Part shown: in pieces, positions 60,328 through 64,000 of the stretch
Layout: each line of letters begins with the position of its first letter
Position numbering within the stretch: position 1 is the first letter of the stretch
DNA from: Candidatus Omnitrophota bacterium
GTDB lineage: Bacteria > Omnitrophota > Gorgyraeia > Zapsychrales > Zapsychraceae
Length of the DNA: 64,000 bases
Assembly (NCBI GenBank): GCA_023247445.1
Contig: JAHFGL010000004.1
Location: forward strand, 72,968-136,967
Direction: 5' to 3'
Notes under the pieces: generated by a model
Databases searched by the model: none
The model's input: only the letters and a program-made list of their open reading frames with translations
What the model was told of the DNA's origin: nothing
Made by a program: the position numbers and the translations under genes

Positions 60328-62425
60328 GGATCAAAATAAAAATGAGTCTCCCTATGTGTGCTGGGTTGATCACGTAAGTTTTTTAGCTCTGGCCAGAATC
60401 CTTTTCTTAAGGCTACAGTATCCTTTCACAGCCATCCGTTACATCACGATCAGTCTCCAGGTTAAGAAAATCGTCGAGCGTTTCTTAAAATCACTCAAAT
60501 TTGAAAATGTGTATTTATTCGCGAATAATGTATCTCCTCACGAAGAGATGGCGATTACCAATAAGACATATGACGATACGGTTTCTTTCATCGATCAAGT
60601 CATCAAACCTTCAGAATCTGTTACGCCAATGCTTAGTTTTATTGACGAGCGTTACAACAAAGAAACAATTGATTTCTTTATGAAGCAAGAAATTGCCTTT
60701 GAGATCGATGTCCCTTTAAGGCTTTTTAACTGTATTATTTTTCAAAGTCAAAAGACCAGAGGAACAGCAGCATCTAAAAATATCGTTCTTATCAAAGATA
60801 ATTATTGGATAGATTATTTTAGGTCTTTTTATGCTTCACATGTTATCCAGGTGAGTGCGTATCCAAATATTAAAGAATTTATCAACAAAATTTATGTTTT
60901 CTTTAAATTAATCGTTGAGATTTTTTTAAATGGAATTCTTTTAGTGTTGGGTAAGAAAATAAATGATCAGGAGTTTAATGCCTCGGCTAAAATTGCTGTC
61001 TTACATGCGCAAGGAGTAAATCTAGAGAAAAAGACTGATTATTTCTGGTTTCCCGGTTCTGGCATAAATTCAGAGCAGATTCTTCTGTACTTTAAATATC
61101 CTACCAGACCACCCAGTCCAGAGGTTTTAGAGTTTGTGAATCGTAATAAAATTCCTTGGATTAACCTTTTGCCATGGAAAATTGGACATAAGAAATTATT
61201 GGGCGCAACGGCAGAATTCAATCGTTTCCCTGACAAGGGGTATCTTAAATTATTAATGCAGACACTCAAAACAAGCATCCGGATATTGTTTTTTTGTTTA
61301 ATCAATCGCCGACGAAAACTGTTTGGTTTTTGGAAATTTTTAACAGCGCTGTTGGCCACGATCAATTTTTTTGAAGCTTTTTTTAAGACTTACAATATCA
61401 AAGTCCATTTTGCCATGCATGATGGAGGGCGTGATATGGTGGCGGCCAATATTGCCATTGAGGTCGTTGGTGGAATTGATTTGTGCACGCACTGGTCTAG
61501 TTATGACACTACGATGTTAACGATGGGCAAAAGTCACGATGTTTGTTTTACCTGGGGCCCTTTTTTTACTAAGCATTTTTTTAGTAAGCCCTACTATTCA
61601 TTTAAAAATTTTGTTTATAGTGGCTATCTTTTTGATCGATCATTTGAATCATGTCAGAAAAAATCTAAGAAATATCGGCAACAACTTTTAAATGAAGGGG
61701 CAGAGTTTATTATTTGTCTATTTGACCAAAATAATCCCATCGAACGGCCTTTATGGAATCAGGAAGTTGAGAAATTATATCGTCGTCTCCTTGAGCTTGT
61801 CATTAAAGATAAAAAGTTGGGTCTTATTATCAAACCTAAAAAAATAAATCCAAAGGTCAAGCTATCGGCGATTGCTTCATTACTTCAAGAAGCTGAAACG
61901 ACCAAACGGTGTTTTGTTTTGATGGGAGATACTTTCCCTAATGAGGCCTCGCAAGCTTCTGATTTAGCTATCGGAGTATCGGTTGCCAGTACACCAACCG
62001 TCGAGGCTGCTTTGGCTGGGGCGAAGTGCATTACCTTTGATTTGGAAAGTCATTACGAGCATCCGTTTTATAAAGAGGGTCATCATAAGATTGTTTTTGA
62101 TGATTTGGATGAAATGTTTGAAACCATCGCCCGTTTTCGTTTAGAGCCATTATCTAGAAAAGGATTTGGCGATTATTCTTTTATTCTGCCTGAGATTGAT
62201 CCTTTCCGTGATCATAAAGCCTCAGAACGTATTGGGATTTATATCCGTGTTTTGCTGGAAGAGTTTGTTAAAGGGCATAATAAAGCAAGGGTTATCAACG
62301 TTGCCAACGAGTTTTATCGCCGTCAATATGGTCAAGATAAAGTGCTTGAGAGAAGCTTAAGCAGTGATGCAACGAGTGTTGAAAACATGGTGGATTCAAT
62401 TGTGTTGTCCAAAAGAGGAATTTAA
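60320..62425 (+). CDS. Large hypothetical protein of 701 aa, a candidate glycosyl/phospho(no)transferase.
   Basis: No firm motif. The C-terminal third (GDTFPNEASQASDLAIGVSVASTPTVEAALAGAKCITFD) looks like the last Rossmann unit of GT-B or TagF/KpsC-type transferases. It is translationally coupled to the AEP transaminase. Confidence 0.35.
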   Translation: MTKDQNKNESPYVCWVDHVSFLALARILFLRLQYPFTAIRYITISLQVKKIVERFLKSLKFENVYLFANNVSPHEEMAITNKTYDDTVSFIDQVIKPSESVTPMLSFIDERYNKETIDFFMKQEIAFEIDVPLRLFNCIIFQSQKTRGTAASKNIVLIKDNYWIDYFRSFYASHVIQVSAYPNIKEFINKIYVFFKLIVEIFLNGILLVLGKKINDQEFNASAKIAVLHAQGVNLEKKTDYFWFPGSGINSEQILLYFKYPTRPPSPEVLEFVNRNKIPWINLLPWKIGHKKLLGATAEFNRFPDKGYLKLLMQTLKTSIRILFFCLINRRRKLFGFWKFLTALLATINFFEAFFKTYNIKVHFAMHDGGRDMVAANIAIEVVGGIDLCTHWSSYDTTMLTMGKSHDVCFTWGPFFTKHFFSKPYYSFKNFVYSGYLFDRSFESCQKKSKKYRQQLLNEGAEFIICLFDQNNPIERPLWNQEVEKLYRRLLELVIKDKKLGLIIKPKKINPKVKLSAIASLLQEAETTKRCFVLMGDTFPNEASQASDLAIGVSVASTPTVEAALAGAKCITFDLESHYEHPFYKEGHHKIVFDDLDEMFETIARFRLEPLSRKGFGDYSFILPEIDPFRDHKASERIGIYIRVLLEEFVKGHNKARVINVANEFYRRQYGQDKVLERSLSSDATSVENMVDSIVLSKRGI

Positions 62426-62427
62426 TC

Positions 62428-63519
62428 GTGCAAGTCAAAGATGATGCGGCATTATTAAAGATGATGATGGAGGATTTGAAAAAAGCGCCGGAGCTTTATC
62501 GACCAACCAATTATTGGCAATGTTATGAAGAAAAATTTGCTGCTGAATTATTTAAGGTTGGGTTACATGATTTTCGTCGTCGAAATAATTCCGTTCTTTC
62601 GAGCTTCGCTGGAACAGATTTAGCCGAGAAATATGCAATTGATCTTTTGGCGAGCCGGTTATTTAACAATCGCTATACACGTCTGATTCCGTTTTGGCAT
62701 AAATTTCTTTCTTTTTGGAATTCTATACTTAACAAGCTTCTGCCCATTACAACACCATATAACATAACAACCGAGGATATTCAGCACTTGGCGTATTCGG
62801 TTGCCCGTTTAAAGGCTGAGAAGACAAACGCAAAACCTATTGATCAATTTGACACCTCATTAGCGGGTAATCCCGAAGATGTTTTTGTTATTAATGACAA
62901 GGCGTATACAACGCATCACTTTGATTACTATCTTAATTACGTCTACTGCACCAAATTTCTTGATTTTAGCAAAGTTAAATTGTTTGTAGAGTTAGGCAGC
63001 GGCGCTGGACGGCAGATTGAGGTTTTAAAGAAACTATATCCGCAGATGACATTTTGTCTTTATGACATTCCACCACAGATTTATGTTTGTGAACAATATT
63101 TGAGTTCGGTTTTTCCTGGGCAGGTGGTTTCTTATCGTCAGACACGAGGGATGAAAACAGTCCCATCGGGTGACGGAAAGATTTATATCTTTGGCAGCTG
63201 GGATTTTGAAATGGTTAAGAATATGCCGGTTGATCTATTCTGGAATTGTGCCAGCTTTCAAGAAATGGAACCGGAGATTGTGGCAAATTATCTTTCCTTC
63301 GTGAATAAAAGCGCGGCCAATGTGTTTTTATTAGAGGCCACCCGTGGCCAACATGTGGCCAAGCAAAAAGGTGAGCCAGGGGTTCTGCGTAAGACAACAT
63401 TTGATGATTACAAACAAGGGCTTAAGGATTTTAAGTTAGTTGATTTGTCGCCTGTTGTTTCAATCCCAAAGATGCATTCAGAAAACGATCACAGCATATC
63501 TTTCTGGAAAAAAAGTTAA
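62428..63519 (+). CDS. Hypothetical protein with a putative class I SAM-methyltransferase fold.
   Basis: A glycine-rich VELGSGAGRQIEVLKKLYPQMTFCLYDIPPQI resembles an AdoMet-binding motif I/II. Otherwise unknown. Confidence 0.35.
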   Translation: MQVKDDAALLKMMMEDLKKAPELYRPTNYWQCYEEKFAAELFKVGLHDFRRRNNSVLSSFAGTDLAEKYAIDLLASRLFNNRYTRLIPFWHKFLSFWNSILNKLLPITTPYNITTEDIQHLAYSVARLKAEKTNAKPIDQFDTSLAGNPEDVFVINDKAYTTHHFDYYLNYVYCTKFLDFSKVKLFVELGSGAGRQIEVLKKLYPQMTFCLYDIPPQIYVCEQYLSSVFPGQVVSYRQTRGMKTVPSGDGKIYIFGSWDFEMVKNMPVDLFWNCASFQEMEPEIVANYLSFVNKSAANVFLLEATRGQHVAKQKGEPGVLRKTTFDDYKQGLKDFKLVDLSPVVSIPKMHSENDHSISFWKKS

Positions 63520-63520
63520 T

Positions 63521-64000
63521 ATGAAGATTGTCCTTTTAGAATTTATTGATGAAGCCAAGGCCTTGATGGACAGCTATGGGAGAGATTTCTTTACCCAAAA
63601 AGATATCAAAGTCATTTGTCTTCATCCGAAGGTGCATGCGTATTTTAAAAAAGAAGGGATTGAGGCGCTTGATACAATTCCATTTTTAAGTAATGAAGCT
63701 CAGCATCGGATTATTCGTAAGAGTGAAGATCTTACGTTGAAATTAATGGCTGAACTAAATTTGGTCGATGGATTTAATATCCGCCAAGGATATCGAGAGG
63801 TTTGCATCCATCACCTGCGTTTATATCTGAATCATTTTCTTTGGATATTAGAAGTTCTAAACGGCGTTCGCGAAAAATATAAGATTGAACAAGTGTATGC
63901 GTGTGTGCCAAGTAACCGTCAATCGATGTATTTACGAAAAGGATATATTCAGAAAACAGAACGGTTTTTAGGGTTACTCGCCAAAGATTTTTGTGACAAG
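63521..64000 (+). CDS. Hypothetical protein, 3'-partial and not in the ORF track.
   Basis: ATG at 63521, 1 nt after the previous stop. The frame is open for 160 codons to the window end (MKIVLLEFIDEAKALMDSYGRDFF...). Confidence 0.45.
   Translation, partial: MKIVLLEFIDEAKALMDSYGRDFFTQKDIKVICLHPKVHAYFKKEGIEALDTIPFLSNEAQHRIIRKSEDLTLKLMAELNLVDGFNIRQGYREVCIHHLRLYLNHFLWILEVLNGVREKYKIEQVYACVPSNRQSMYLRKGYIQKTERFLGLLAKDFCDK

Overview
This 64 kb window comes from a low-GC bacterium that is probably diderm. The evidence for diderm is a TonB-dependent receptor, a PEP-CTERM exosortase substrate and a CcdA periplasmic thiol exporter. Nearly all genes are on the + strand, and many are joined by ATGA or short start/stop overlaps, which suggests long operons. 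I found no rRNA, tRNA, CRISPR array or obvious mobile element.

Gene content, 5' to 3':
- (i) A very large protein (more than 1517 aa) that is truncated at the 5' window edge and has an embedded GT4-like glycosyltransferase domain.
- (ii) A PEP-CTERM protein.
- (iii) metH, the cobalamin-dependent methionine synthase.
- (iv) A small DUF2283-type gene pair, a Cys-rich lipoprotein, an AhpD/CMD-family protein, an unlisted 57-aa Cys-rich ORF and a PP-loop (MJ0570/Dph6-like) ATPase.
- (v) A cobalamin-riboswitch-like leader with an intrinsic terminator, followed by a btuB-like TonB receptor and BtuF/BtuD/BtuC-like ABC importer genes.
- (vi) An orphan NuoF-like flavoprotein, a membrane protein, CcdA, a Met-rich secreted protein and a YceI protein.
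- (vii) A 1430-aa surface protein with NHL and thrombospondin-type-3 repeats. It is flanked by hairpin-rich non-coding DNA and a second YceI paralog.
- (viii) metF on the - strand.
- (ix) A glycan-modification region with two paralogous GT2 + GT-C (ArnT/PMT-like) modules, a TPR protein and a regulator.
- (x) An MsbA-like ABC exporter followed by a complete CMP-legionaminic-acid-type nonulosonic acid pathway. The gene order matches C. jejuni Cj1327-Cj1332, and there are WbuZ/WbuY/WbuX-like acetamidino-forming genes.
- (xi) The most interesting part is a contiguous phosphonate (2-aminoethylphosphonate-type) biosynthesis cluster. It holds a PEP mutase fused to a nucleotidyltransferase, phosphonopyruvate decarboxylase, an AEP transaminase, a LicC/PntC-like cytidylyltransferase, two cobalamin-binding class B radical SAM enzymes, a PhyH-family dioxygenase, a CDP-alcohol phosphotransferase, a 701-aa unknown protein and a methyltransferase-like protein.

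Cobalamin runs through the window: riboswitch-controlled uptake, MetH and two B12 radical SAM enzymes.
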